A DNA stretch of 64,000 bases from Candidatus Multivoradales bacterium (GTDB lineage Bacteria; Acidobacteriota; Thermoanaerobaculia; Multivoradales; JAHEKO01), in contig CBDCXM010000009.1 of assembly GCA_965223855.1 (NCBI GenBank), positions 2,016,001 to 2,080,000 on the forward strand, in the 5' to 3' direction. Positions 9,824 through 19,343 of the stretch are shown one piece after another. The position numbers were made by a program, and so were the translations under genes. Each line of letters opens with the position of its first letter. Position 1 is the first letter of the stretch. Below the pieces are notes generated by a model. It worked only from the letters and a program-made list of their open reading frames with translations. It was not told where the DNA came from and searched no databases.

Positions 9824-10540
9824 TCAGAGCTCGCGGACGCCGGGCAGCGCACTCAGCCACCACTCGGAGACGCCGAGGTCGAGGTGGGTGTGGATATCGC
9901 GCCCGGTGACCCAGTTGCGGACGATCGGCTTCGACCGCCGGCCCATCCACCACCATGGGTTCGGCCCGTCGCGACGATCGACCGTTGTGTGACGGAACGC
10001 CCAGACGCCCTGGTCGTAGTAGTACGCGCGCGGGTAGGACTGGCGCTCGGTCGAGACGTCTCTCTCCCCGCCGTAGGGGGCGAGGACGCCGTCGACGATC
10101 TCGAGCGCCCGCAGCGGGTGGTCGTCCGCCGCCTCCCACACCGTCATGACGGAGTCGAGCGTCGGGTCGGCGTCGAGCTCGGCGAGACAGCGGTCGATCA
10201 GCTCGCCGTCGACCATCACGGTGTTGCCTAGCAGAAGGACGACGTTCGCGAGATCGGGGTGGATCTCGCGCACCCGGTGCACGGCGTCCCGGATGACGTC
10301 TCCATGGTTCACCGTGTCGCCGCCGAGCTCGTCGGGGCGCTCGAGGACCTCGGCGCCGGCGTCGAGGGAGGCGACGGCGATCGCTTCGCCGTCGGTCGAG
10401 ACGAACACGGCGTCGATTCCCTCGGCTTCCTGCGCCGCGGCGATCGGGTAGGCGACGAGAGGCCTGCCGGCGACCGGGTGGACGTTCTTGTCGCGGATCG
10501 ACTTGCTGCCGGCGCGGGCGGTGACGATCGCGGCGTTCAC
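9824..10540 (-). CDS. Acylneuraminate cytidylyltransferase (NeuA/KdsB) family protein
   Basis: TARAGSKSIRDKN, VSTD and ERPDEL motifs. Confidence 0.85.
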   Translation of the reverse strand: MNAAIVTARAGSKSIRDKNVHPVAGRPLVAYPIAAAQEAEGIDAVFVSTDGEAIAVASLDAGAEVLERPDELGGDTVNHGDVIRDAVHRVREIHPDLANVVLLLGNTVMVDGELIDRCLAELDADPTLDSVMTVWEAADDHPLRALEIVDGVLAPYGGERDVSTERQSYPRAYYYDQGVWAFRHTTVDRRDGPNPWWWMGRRSKPIVRNWVTGRDIHTHLDLGVSEWWLSALPGVREL

Positions 10541-11409
10541 GCCCGTGTCTCGCGGTCGATCTCGTCGAGCATTTGCAGGAGCCCCTGCCCCATGTCGACA
10601 TAGCAGTCGGAGGTGAGTTTGCGCCCGACCTTGGGGGAGAAGGAGTACGGGGTCATCCGGTAGTGCTCCTCCGACGGTTCGGTGTAGTCGATCGACAGAT
10701 CGCGGCCGAGGATCTCGGAGAACATGGTGAAGAGATCGCGCAGCCGCAGCGGATGCGGCCCCGACAGCGTCAGCGCCTGGTTGGCGAACTGCGGCTCGAG
10801 GGCGCGCACGCTCAGTCGCGCGGCGTCCTCGACGTGAATGTAGTCGCGCGCATCGTCCGGCGTGCCGGCATGGGCGATCGCACCTTCCTGGAACGCGGCC
10901 TTCAGCAGCCGGTGCACGCCGTTGGAGCGGTCGGCGCGGGGGCCGTAGAGGCTGCCGTAGCGCAAGATCGTGTACTCGAGCCCGTAGCGGCGCTGGTACT
11001 CCTCGGTGTACGCCTCGCACGCCTGTTTGCTGCAGCGGTAGAAGCCGCCGGCGCGACTGTAGACGTAGACGGTGCTCGCCAGCACGAACCGCTCCGCGCC
11101 GGCCTGCCGAGCCGCCTCGAGGGCGTGGACGGTGCCGACGACGTTGGTCTCGGCCGTCTCGACGGGGGAGTCGCCCGCCTCGTCGAGGTCGGCCGCCGCC
11201 GCGAGATGGAAGACGGCGGAGCAGCCCTTCGCCGCTTCGGTCAGCGCCTCAAGGTCGCGGACGTCGCCGTCGAACATCGTTTGCCCCTGGGTGAGGTAGG
11301 GGGAAGCGGTGCGGTCGAAGACGACGACCTCGTGACCCGCCGCGACGAGAGCGTCGGCGACGAAGGAACCGAGGAACCCGGAACCGCCGGTGACGAGCGC
11401 TCGGCTCAT
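10537..11409 (-). CDS. NAD-dependent epimerase/dehydratase
   Basis: VTGGSGFLG, YRCSK and LRYGSLYGP motifs. Confidence 0.9.
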   Translation of the reverse strand: MSRALVTGGSGFLGSFVADALVAAGHEVVVFDRTASPYLTQGQTMFDGDVRDLEALTEAAKGCSAVFHLAAAADLDEAGDSPVETAETNVVGTVHALEAARQAGAERFVLASTVYVYSRAGGFYRCSKQACEAYTEEYQRRYGLEYTILRYGSLYGPRADRSNGVHRLLKAAFQEGAIAHAGTPDDARDYIHVEDAARLSVRALEPQFANQALTLSGPHPLRLRDLFTMFSEILGRDLSIDYTEPSEEHYRMTPYSFSPKVGRKLTSDCYVDMGQGLLQMLDEIDRETRA

Positions 11410-12335
11410 GACGAGCGCTTGAGGAGTCGAATCAGGTTATCCACGGCTTCCAGCTCCATCGCGACCCTGCCTTCCACGGCGTAGGAGCCGATGTGAGGGG
11501 TCAGCAGGACCCTATCGAATCCGGCCAGCGGGCCCGAGTAGGGCTCGTCCTCGAAGACGTCGAGATAAACGCCGCCCAGCCGATCGTTCCTGAGTGCCGC
11601 GAGTAGGGCCGCTTCGTCGATGAGCGAGCCTCGTGCGCAGTTGACGAGCAGGCCGTCGGGGCGCATCGCTTCGAGCTCCTGCGGGCCGATCAGGTGCCGG
11701 CTCCCTCTCTCGATATCGGCGTGGAGGGTGACGATGTCGCTCTCCTTCAGCAGGCGATCGAGTGCGACGAGCTCGATACGGTGTGCCTCCGCGAAGGCGA
11801 GATCCGGTCGTGGCTCGCTCGCCAGCAGGGAGACCTCGAAGGGTGCGAGCAGGTCGGCGAGGCGTCTGCCGGTACGGCCGAGCCCGACGATGCCGACGCT
11901 GCGGCCCCTGAGAAGGCGTCCCATCGGTTTCGACCAGCGGCCCGCGCGGAGGTAGCGATCGGCCGTCGAGACGTGGCGGAGCAGGTCGAGAATGCCGGCC
12001 AGCGCCAGCTCGGCGACGGCATCGACATGGGCCGACTCGGTGTGCGCGACGGCGATGCCGAGCTCGTCGGCCGCCGCGAGGTCGACGTTGTCGATCCCCA
12101 CGCCGCAACGGGAGATCGCCCGCAGTCGCGGGCACTGCTCGAGCACCTCGCGGTCGAGCGGCTCGGTTCCGGCGATGAGCCCCTCCGCGGAGCCCGCCAG
12201 CTCGACGACCTCGGACGCGCTGAGCTTGCGGCCGTGGGGGTTGAGAGAGATCTCGAAGCCTGGAGCACGCAGCCGTTCGAGCGGCTCTGAGTCGTATCGA
12301 CCGAAGGTGCTCGTCGAGACGGCGACGAGCCGCAT
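11406..12335 (-). CDS. D-isomer-specific 2-hydroxyacid dehydrogenase (phosphoglycerate dehydrogenase-like)
   Basis: GVGIDNVD, GIVGLGRTG, NCARG, LDVFEDEP and TPHIG motifs. Confidence 0.92.
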   Translation of the reverse strand: MRLVAVSTSTFGRYDSEPLERLRAPGFEISLNPHGRKLSASEVVELAGSAEGLIAGTEPLDREVLEQCPRLRAISRCGVGIDNVDLAAADELGIAVAHTESAHVDAVAELALAGILDLLRHVSTADRYLRAGRWSKPMGRLLRGRSVGIVGLGRTGRRLADLLAPFEVSLLASEPRPDLAFAEAHRIELVALDRLLKESDIVTLHADIERGSRHLIGPQELEAMRPDGLLVNCARGSLIDEAALLAALRNDRLGGVYLDVFEDEPYSGPLAGFDRVLLTPHIGSYAVEGRVAMELEAVDNLIRLLKRSS

Positions 12336-13651
12336 CAGGCGCGCACCACGTTCGGCGTCCCCTTCGGCAGCGCCCGTCTGGTGTCGATCACCAGTCGTGC
12401 GTGCCGCTTCACCAGGTCGTAGTCGACGTCGGAGTGGTCGGTCACCACCACCACGGCGTCGTAGCTCTCGAGCGTCTCGGCATCGAGAGGTACCGATCGC
12501 TTGTCCGGCAGATCGCTCCAGCTCCGCATCCGCGGCGCCTCGGGGAAGTAGGGGTCGTGGTAGTCGATGCTCGCCCCCTCGGCGTCGAGCAGCGAGAGAA
12601 TCTCGAAGGCCGGGCTCTCGCGCGGATCGGCGACGTCCGCCTTGTAGGCGATCCCCAGCAGCAGGACACGGCGATCGGTCAGGTCGTCGCTGCCGAGAGC
12701 CCGCTTGAGGCGGGAGACGACGTGCCTGGGCATCTCGATGTTGACCTCGCCCGCCAGCTCGATAAAGCGTGGTTCGAGACCATGTTGCCGAGCCTTCCAG
12801 GAGAGATAGAACGGATCGATCGGAATGCAGTGCCCACCCCAGCCGGGCCCGGGATTGAACCTCATGAAGCCGAACGGCTTGGTCTCGGCGGCGTCGAGCA
12901 CGTCCCAGACGTCGATCTCCATCGCGTCGAAGACGACCTTGAGCTCGTTGACGAGCGCGATGTTCACCGCCCGGAAGATGTTCTCGAGAAGCTTCGAGGC
13001 CTCCGCCGTGCGCGCGTCGGCGACCCTGACGATCTCGACCACCGCCTGCTCGTAGAGCGCTTCGGCGAGATCGCCGGCGGCCTCGTCGACGCCACCCACG
13101 ACCTTCGGGATGACGCGGGTGGAGAAGCTGGGGTTGCCGGGATCCTCGCGCTCGGGAGAGTAGGCGAGGAAGACATCCTCGCCGACCGTGAGGCCCGACG
13201 ACTCGAGCAGCGGCAGCAGGAGTTCCTCGCAGGTCCCGGGGTAGGTCGTCGACTCCAGCACTACCAGTTGCCCCGGTCTCAGAATGGCGGCGATCGCCTC
13301 GCCGCTAGCCTGGACGAAGCGCATGTCGGGCTGCCGCTCGGCGTCGAGCGGCGTCGGCACGCAAATCAGGATCGCGTCGGCCTCAGCGAGCCGGCCGAAG
13401 TCGGAGGTCGCCTCGAAGGACCGCGCCTCGACCGCCTTCCTGACGCCCTCCTCTTCGATGTGGTCGATGTAGCTTTCCCCGGCGTTCAGGGTGGCGACCT
13501 TTTCCGGATCGACGTCGAAGCCGAGGACCGGGAAACCAGCCTCGACGAAGGTGAGAGCCAGCGGCACACCGACGTAGCCGAGGCCGACGATGCCGACCTT
13601 CGACGATCGGTCCTGGATCTTCTCGAGAAGCGCGCGGGCGGTTTCGTTCAC
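12335..13651 (-). CDS. Nucleotide-sugar dehydrogenase (UDP-GlcNAc/ManNAc 6-dehydrogenase family)
   Basis: GLGYVG, CVPTP, ESTTYPG, SPEREDPG and GGHCIPIDP motifs; GTG start inferred. Confidence 0.93.
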   Translation of the reverse strand: MNETARALLEKIQDRSSKVGIVGLGYVGVPLALTFVEAGFPVLGFDVDPEKVATLNAGESYIDHIEEEGVRKAVEARSFEATSDFGRLAEADAILICVPTPLDAERQPDMRFVQASGEAIAAILRPGQLVVLESTTYPGTCEELLLPLLESSGLTVGEDVFLAYSPEREDPGNPSFSTRVIPKVVGGVDEAAGDLAEALYEQAVVEIVRVADARTAEASKLLENIFRAVNIALVNELKVVFDAMEIDVWDVLDAAETKPFGFMRFNPGPGWGGHCIPIDPFYLSWKARQHGLEPRFIELAGEVNIEMPRHVVSRLKRALGSDDLTDRRVLLLGIAYKADVADPRESPAFEILSLLDAEGASIDYHDPYFPEAPRMRSWSDLPDKRSVPLDAETLESYDAVVVVTDHSDVDYDLVKRHARLVIDTRRALPKGTPNVVRA

Positions 13652-13820
13652 GGAGCGGGGAGGGAGATCGAGAGCGACGACCGTCCGGAGCGCCGGGCGG
13701 CAGGGAGGAGCCCGGCCCGGAGAGGAGGGTGTCGGGAGACGTTTGGAAGTGAAGTCCGCCCGAGCTCGAGCTGCGGTGGTCAGGCTTCGGCAGGAGCCGC
13801 GCCGGACGTCACAGGGAGGC

Positions 13821-14567
13821 TCAGGGCTGACGAGGCGATGCCGGCGGCGTGTGCTCGATGATCGCGCCGGAGACGACCCCGGAAGCGACCGATGCGAGCG
13901 GTGGCACGAAGCCGAAGCCGACCACGCATGCGCGGCAGAACTCGTCGGGGTGCAGAATCCTCTCGGTGTCGATACGGGTGACGATGCCGTCACACAGCCA
14001 GTGGAAGACTTCCTTGTCGGCCTGAGCGGTCGAGGTCTCGCCGACGGTGAGGTTGTCGGCCCAGCCGCGCTGGCGGGGCGTGAGCGGCTCGCGGCAGTCC
14101 TCGTCGAGGACCGACACGAGTTGGGTCTCGGAGCGCCCTCGAACCTCGCCTGCAGCGTCGTAGACGGCGACGTAGTACTCGGCGGCCTCCTGGCCCTGGT
14201 CTTCGAGGTAGTCCTCCAGCCAGTCGCGGTCCCGGTCCTTCATCCAGTCGCGGGTCTCGAGGATCTCCCACCAGTCGTCGGTGAGGTGATGCTGCTCGCG
14301 ATTCTCGGGGCGCGGAAACGTCGTCCAGTAGCGGTCGTCGCCCGACGCGGCGCTGCCGACGTAGTAGAAGGCGCCTACGGGGTTGAGGCGACGGAAGTAC
14401 AGGCGGACGTCGTCTCCGCCCTCCAGACCGCCTACGGCGGCTTCGAGCACGGCGTTGGCCTCGAGCGGCAGGCACTCGATCGGCGTGAGATCAAATGTGG
14501 GCTCGGCGGCCCAGGCAACGGGCGTCAGGGCCAGCGCCACTCCCGCCGCGGCAATATAGCGAAGCAT
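13821..14567 (-). CDS. Hypothetical exported protein
   Basis: Signal peptide (…PVAWA-A), several Cys, C-terminal hydrophobic stretch; AAGGGGG SD upstream. Confidence 0.7.
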   Translation of the reverse strand: MLRYIAAAGVALALTPVAWAAEPTFDLTPIECLPLEANAVLEAAVGGLEGGDDVRLYFRRLNPVGAFYYVGSAASGDDRYWTTFPRPENREQHHLTDDWWEILETRDWMKDRDRDWLEDYLEDQGQEAAEYYVAVYDAAGEVRGRSETQLVSVLDEDCREPLTPRQRGWADNLTVGETSTAQADKEVFHWLCDGIVTRIDTERILHPDEFCRACVVGFGFVPPLASVASGVVSGAIIEHTPPASPRQP

Positions 14568-14702
14568 AGACAGCATCCCCCTTCGAATCAGCAGGCTCCT
14601 TGGAACTGCTCTCCCCTTCCTGCGTACGCGGGCGAAGCATACGTTTCGCCGGTGGATGGCGTCAACCTCGACGGGCCGGAGCCGAGACGTTTGGCGCGCC
14701 GC

Positions 14703-16136
14703 TCAACGCGGCAGAATGACGGCCCGATAGCGCTCGACGATGTCGGTTCTCTCGAGTCGCGGGAGCACCCTCGCGAGGGCCTTCGCCGCCGCCTCTGTGT
14801 CCCCCGATTCGAAGAGCGCGACGGCCAGATAGAAGCCGATTTCGGGCCGGTCCGCGGCGCTGCCGGCCCTCCGAAAGGCGTCGACAGCACGCTGCCAGGC
14901 GCCTGCCCGGTAGGCAGCTTCGCCCGCCAGCAGCTGCGGCTCCGGATCGTCGGTGTGTCGAGCGGCCAGGTCGAGCGCTTCCCGCTCGACCTGTTCCAGG
15001 GCCTCGTGGGTGGCGGCATCGTCGAGCTGGCGGCGAAGTCGGGACAGGTCGGCGGCGCTCGCCAGGGTCGGCGATTCGGTCTCCCTCGATCCGTGAGCGG
15101 GTGACTCGACTGCGGACGCCTCGTCCGGCGCTGCAGGCCTGGTCAAGGCTTCGTTCACGGCTCCAGAAGGAGCAGCCTGAGGGAGGGTGGGGCGGGCGAG
15201 AGGCGCCACCTCCGTCTCGTCTCCGAGCTGGGCGACGATCCGGCGCTCGCGGCGAGCGAACGGCCGTTCGATCCGTCTCGTCTCGGGGAGGTGGACGACG
15301 ACCGATCCCGCCTCGCTCCAGCGGCCGGCCGCGGTGAGGCAGTCGAGGGTCAGGAGCAGCTCCTCGTCCGGCAGTTCCGGGAGCTCGCAGTGGCTCAGGC
15401 TCTCGAGGTTGGGACACTCCCCGGCCTGCAGCGTCGCGCGCTCACGCCAGCACAGCGGGCGAGGGTCGGACGGGAAGCGCCGGGCGAGGACGTCGATCAC
15501 GGGCACGGCACGCGGCCCCTGCCCGACGTCGATCGCCGTGGCGGCCAGAGACAGGCTCCAAGTCGCGTCGGCTGGGTCGGCGGCTGCGAGCCGTTCGAGT
15601 TCGCCGAGGCGCTCCTCGGTGGGGAGCGCCTCGAGTCGCTCGAGCCGCTGGCGTCGGAGGATCCCGGCGAACGCCGGCTGCGATGCGAGGGTCGCTTCTT
15701 CGATCCACTCCGCGGCGAGTGTTTCGAAGCGCTCGCGCAGCGCGTCGTTCGGCAGCCGCGCGTAGCTCCCGTAGACGGTGTCGGCTTCGAGAACGCTGCG
15801 GAACGCCTCGTCGAAGGCCGCCGCACCGGCGTTCTCGCCGCGGGCGACGGCGTGCGCGACTCGCGCCCGGGTCAGCAGTTCCGGCGTATCGAGCAGCCCG
15901 AACGCAGCGAGCTCGAGCGAGCGCTCGGCCCGGGCCGCGTCGCCGGAGTCGAGCCATCGGAGACCCTGCTCGAGGAGGCCCCGGTAGAAGGGATCCGCCT
16001 CGCCCGCCGCTCCCGACGGGGACGGGAAGGCGGTCGCCAGCAGGAGCGAGGCGACGACCAAGACGGGACGCGAAAGGTCTGCCAACCGGCGCAGGCCGGG
16101 CGACCGCTCCGATCCGATGGGCGGTGAGGACTCCAT
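14703..16136 (-). CDS. Exported tetratricopeptide-repeat protein
   Basis: N-terminal hydrophobic signal; helical repeats (GEAAYRAG…FYLAVALFESGD); AAGGAG SD. Confidence 0.75.
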   Translation of the reverse strand: MESSPPIGSERSPGLRRLADLSRPVLVVASLLLATAFPSPSGAAGEADPFYRGLLEQGLRWLDSGDAARAERSLELAAFGLLDTPELLTRARVAHAVARGENAGAAAFDEAFRSVLEADTVYGSYARLPNDALRERFETLAAEWIEEATLASQPAFAGILRRQRLERLEALPTEERLGELERLAAADPADATWSLSLAATAIDVGQGPRAVPVIDVLARRFPSDPRPLCWRERATLQAGECPNLESLSHCELPELPDEELLLTLDCLTAAGRWSEAGSVVVHLPETRRIERPFARRERRIVAQLGDETEVAPLARPTLPQAAPSGAVNEALTRPAAPDEASAVESPAHGSRETESPTLASAADLSRLRRQLDDAATHEALEQVEREALDLAARHTDDPEPQLLAGEAAYRAGAWQRAVDAFRRAGSAADRPEIGFYLAVALFESGDTEAAAKALARVLPRLERTDIVERYRAVILPR

Positions 16137-16146
16137 GGTGTCTTCC

Positions 16147-18381
16147 TTAGGCTGCGTCGTCCTCGGCTGACTCGGCCGACTCGGCGTAGGCCTCGTAGTA
16201 GCGGTAGCGCCGGTCGTAGTAGCGGCCTTCCCTCGGGTTGTAGCGGTTGAGCACGACGCCCAGGATCTTCACGCCCGCCATGGTGAGCTGCTCCTTGCAG
16301 GCGGTCGCCGCGTCACGCTCCACCTGATTGGCGCGCAGGCACAGGACCACACCGTCCGAGATCGAGCCCGGCAGCACGGCGTCACTCACGGCCAGCACCG
16401 GGGGGGAGTCGATCAGCACGAAGTCGAAGTTCTCCCGCGCCCAGTCCGCCAGACGCCGCATGCGCTCGGAGGCGAGGAGCTCGGACGGATTCGGCGGGTG
16501 AGGGCCGGAGGTCATGACGAAGAGCCCCGGCACCGAGCTCTTCTGGACGAGCCCGTCGCCCGATTCGCCCGCGGTGAGAGCGTGTACCAGTCCGCGAGCG
16601 TTCGAGAGCTCGAACACTCTGTGCAGCCTGGGCTTGCGCAGGTCACCGTCCACGAGCAGCACCCGTTTGCCCAGCTGGGCGAGGACCGTGGCGAGGTTGG
16701 TGGAGGTCGCCGTCTTCCCCTCGCCGGACTCGGCGGAGGTGATGGTGACGAGCCTCGGGTCGTCGGCGCTCGAGAGCAGGAGCGCCGTCCGCAGCGATCG
16801 GTAGGCCTCGGAGACGGCCAGTCTCGGCTCGGTCACCGGCAGGAGCTCGACCACTTGCGGTCGCCCGCGAGCGCCGCGATCGGCCGCGCGCGGACGGGCG
16901 ATGCCGTAGCTCCTGGTGTCCGCCTCGACGTCGGGGATGACCGCGAGCACAGGCAGGTCGAGCAGCCGCTGCACGTCCTCCGGGCTCTTGACTGTCCGGT
17001 CGAGGAAGTGAAGGCCGAGGACGAGGGCGATTCCGAGCAGCAGCCCGGAGCCGAGGCCGAGGGTGACGTTCTGTTCGAGCGACGGTCGAAACGGGGCGCC
17101 GGGGCGCAGGGCGGTGTCGATGACGTGGACGTTGGAGCGGGTGTCGTCGTCGGTCTCGACCCCTGCCGTCAGCTCCGCCTCGGACTGCCGTTCGACGAGT
17201 TCCGCCAGGCGCTGACGCTTCGCCGCCACCTCCATCTGCAGGTTGGCGAGCGGCAGCGACTCGACGTTGAGGGTGAGGTTGTCCTGCTGGAGTTGCTCGC
17301 GCTCCTCGTCGATACCCTCCACGAGACGCAGCGCCGCCTGCCACTCGTTGTAGGCGGCCTGCCGCGCCGCTCGCGCCTCGGCTGCGATCGCCTCTTCGTA
17401 GCGGCGACGGGTGTCGTCCATCTGCTTCTGCAGCTCTCTCATCGAGGGGTGGTCGGGCTTGTAGGTGTCGAGGCCGGTCTGGTAGTCGCGCTCGTAGGCG
17501 AGCAGGTCGGACTCGAGCCGGGTGACCGAGCTGCGGCCGGAGTTGGCCGCGATTACCGCGTCGGGCGTCCCGACGAGATCGCGGTAGCGCTGCTGGCGGG
17601 CGAGAGCGTTCGACATCGCGGTCGTCGCCTGTTCGTTCATTCGCAGCAACGCCTGGCCGGCACTGTCGAGCGTCGTGTCGGCGCCGACATCGCCGCGCTG
17701 GCCCATCTCCTGGATGCGGCGTTCGAGCGTCTCGACCTCGGTTCGCAACGCGTCGATCTGGTTGTTGAGGACCTTGTTCGCCTGGTTGAGAGTCTCGCGT
17801 CGTTTGTCGATGCCGAAGTCGATGAACGCCTGAGCGAAGCCGTTGGTGATGCGCTGAACGAGTGCCGCATCGGTGCCGACGTATCTCAGGTCGAGAAGCT
17901 CGGTCCCTTCCACCGGATCTACGGTCAGGCCGCCGAGGAGCCGGTTGGCGAGCGCCGCGCGGTAGAGCTCGTCGTCCTCGGCGGAGTACCCCTCGCCGTC
18001 CGCCGTCGCTCGGCCGCCCACGAACTTCGGATCGGTGGCCAGGCCGAGATCGTCGATCACCCTCTCGGCGAGGCCGCGACTGCGCAGCAGCCGGTACTGG
18101 GTGGGGAAGTACTTCATGTTGGTCCACTGGTCGAGCCAGGGATTGCGGTCTTTCGAAACCGACACGACGGTGCGGGGCTCGATCTGCAGCCTCGTCGACG
18201 CCTGGTAGAGCTTCGGCGACACGGCGTAGCGGGCGACTCCGATCCCGAGTCCCACGACCATGGCGCCGACGATCCACGGCCACTTCGCCAGCAGCAGTCG
18301 GGCGTAGAACGCCGGGTCGAAACCGGGAGTCCCGGAGGGGCGAGCGGGCGCTTCGGTCAGGATCGGCTCGTCGAATCTCAC
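16147..18381 (-). CDS. wzc: Polysaccharide co-polymerase/tyrosine autokinase
   Basis: Two TM segments flanking a coiled coil; GEGKT Walker A, VDGDLRKP, DSPP; C-terminal Tyr cluster RYYDRRYRYYEAY. Confidence 0.93.
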   Translation of the reverse strand: MRFDEPILTEAPARPSGTPGFDPAFYARLLLAKWPWIVGAMVVGLGIGVARYAVSPKLYQASTRLQIEPRTVVSVSKDRNPWLDQWTNMKYFPTQYRLLRSRGLAERVIDDLGLATDPKFVGGRATADGEGYSAEDDELYRAALANRLLGGLTVDPVEGTELLDLRYVGTDAALVQRITNGFAQAFIDFGIDKRRETLNQANKVLNNQIDALRTEVETLERRIQEMGQRGDVGADTTLDSAGQALLRMNEQATTAMSNALARQQRYRDLVGTPDAVIAANSGRSSVTRLESDLLAYERDYQTGLDTYKPDHPSMRELQKQMDDTRRRYEEAIAAEARAARQAAYNEWQAALRLVEGIDEEREQLQQDNLTLNVESLPLANLQMEVAAKRQRLAELVERQSEAELTAGVETDDDTRSNVHVIDTALRPGAPFRPSLEQNVTLGLGSGLLLGIALVLGLHFLDRTVKSPEDVQRLLDLPVLAVIPDVEADTRSYGIARPRAADRGARGRPQVVELLPVTEPRLAVSEAYRSLRTALLLSSADDPRLVTITSAESGEGKTATSTNLATVLAQLGKRVLLVDGDLRKPRLHRVFELSNARGLVHALTAGESGDGLVQKSSVPGLFVMTSGPHPPNPSELLASERMRRLADWARENFDFVLIDSPPVLAVSDAVLPGSISDGVVLCLRANQVERDAATACKEQLTMAGVKILGVVLNRYNPREGRYYDRRYRYYEAYAESAESAEDDAA

Positions 18382-19256
18382 AGGAACGACTCCTTCACGA
18401 CCACCAGGTCGCCATCGACGAGAGGGATGTCCAGGTCGTCGCCGGCGAGGATGCGCCGGAAGTTGGCGGCGATCTCGTCGCGGCTGCCGTCCCCCCGCTC
18501 GCGGCGGATGGTGATGCGCGGCGAAGCGCGGTCGGTCAGCCCCCCGGCCTTCGCGATCGCCGTCAGTAGTGTGGCGCCGCCGCCACGGGCGCTCAGGGTG
18601 AGCGGGCCCTGGGTGGCGACTTCGCCCAGGAAGTAGACGGTGATGTCAGCGGCGATCGGAGCGACGATCACGTCGCCGGCCCTGACGATCAGATTCTCGG
18701 CGGAGGTCGAGCCGCCCGCGATCCGGTCCGTCGGGATCGTGAGGCTCTCGGAGAGCCTGCCGTCGATGGAGGTGCGGGTGATCTCGATCCGCCCGTCGTG
18801 TTGTTCGGTGAGCCCTCCCGCCGCGGTGAGTGCGTCGAACAGGGTCCATCGGGAGGTCAGGAAGTGCGTGCCCGGCTCCACGACCGCGCCGAGCACCCGG
18901 ATCGGCTGAGAACGGTACTGCGTGACCGAAACCGTGACCGTGGCGCGTTGCAGATAGCTCTCCTCGAGCACCCTGCGGACGGTCTGGGCCACCTCATCGA
19001 CGGTGCCGCCGGCGACCTCGATCGGGCCGGCCAGCGGCAGCGAGACCGTGCCGTCGTTGCTGATCGTCCAGCTGCCCTCGATCGAGTCGTCCTCGTAGAC
19101 CTCGATCGCCAGCTCGTCGCCCGGCCCGACGCGGTAGGAGGAGTCCCCCGTCGCGGCGAATGCGGCAAGCGGAAGCAGCGCCAGGAAGGCAGCCGCCGGC
19201 AGCCGTCGGCACGCGGCGATGCAGTGCGCAAGGGTCGATCGGCACACAACTTCCAT
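18378..19256 (-). CDS. wza: Polysaccharide export OPX protein (Poly_export plus SLBB domains)
   Basis: YRVGPGDEL, DGTVSLPLAG, GAVVEPG and AGGLT motifs; ends without an amphipathic outer-membrane helix. Confidence 0.88.
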   Translation of the reverse strand: MEVVCRSTLAHCIAACRRLPAAAFLALLPLAAFAATGDSSYRVGPGDELAIEVYEDDSIEGSWTISNDGTVSLPLAGPIEVAGGTVDEVAQTVRRVLEESYLQRATVTVSVTQYRSQPIRVLGAVVEPGTHFLTSRWTLFDALTAAGGLTEQHDGRIEITRTSIDGRLSESLTIPTDRIAGGSTSAENLIVRAGDVIVAPIAADITVYFLGEVATQGPLTLSARGGGATLLTAIAKAGGLTDRASPRITIRRERGDGSRDEIAANFRRILAGDDLDIPLVDGDLVVVKESFL

Positions 19257-19343
19257 CACGACAGGCTACCACGCCGCCCCTGTAGGGAAGGGGTCACACG
19301 GCCCCACCCACAGCGGCGCGCGGAGGGCGCTGGAAGAGAGCGA

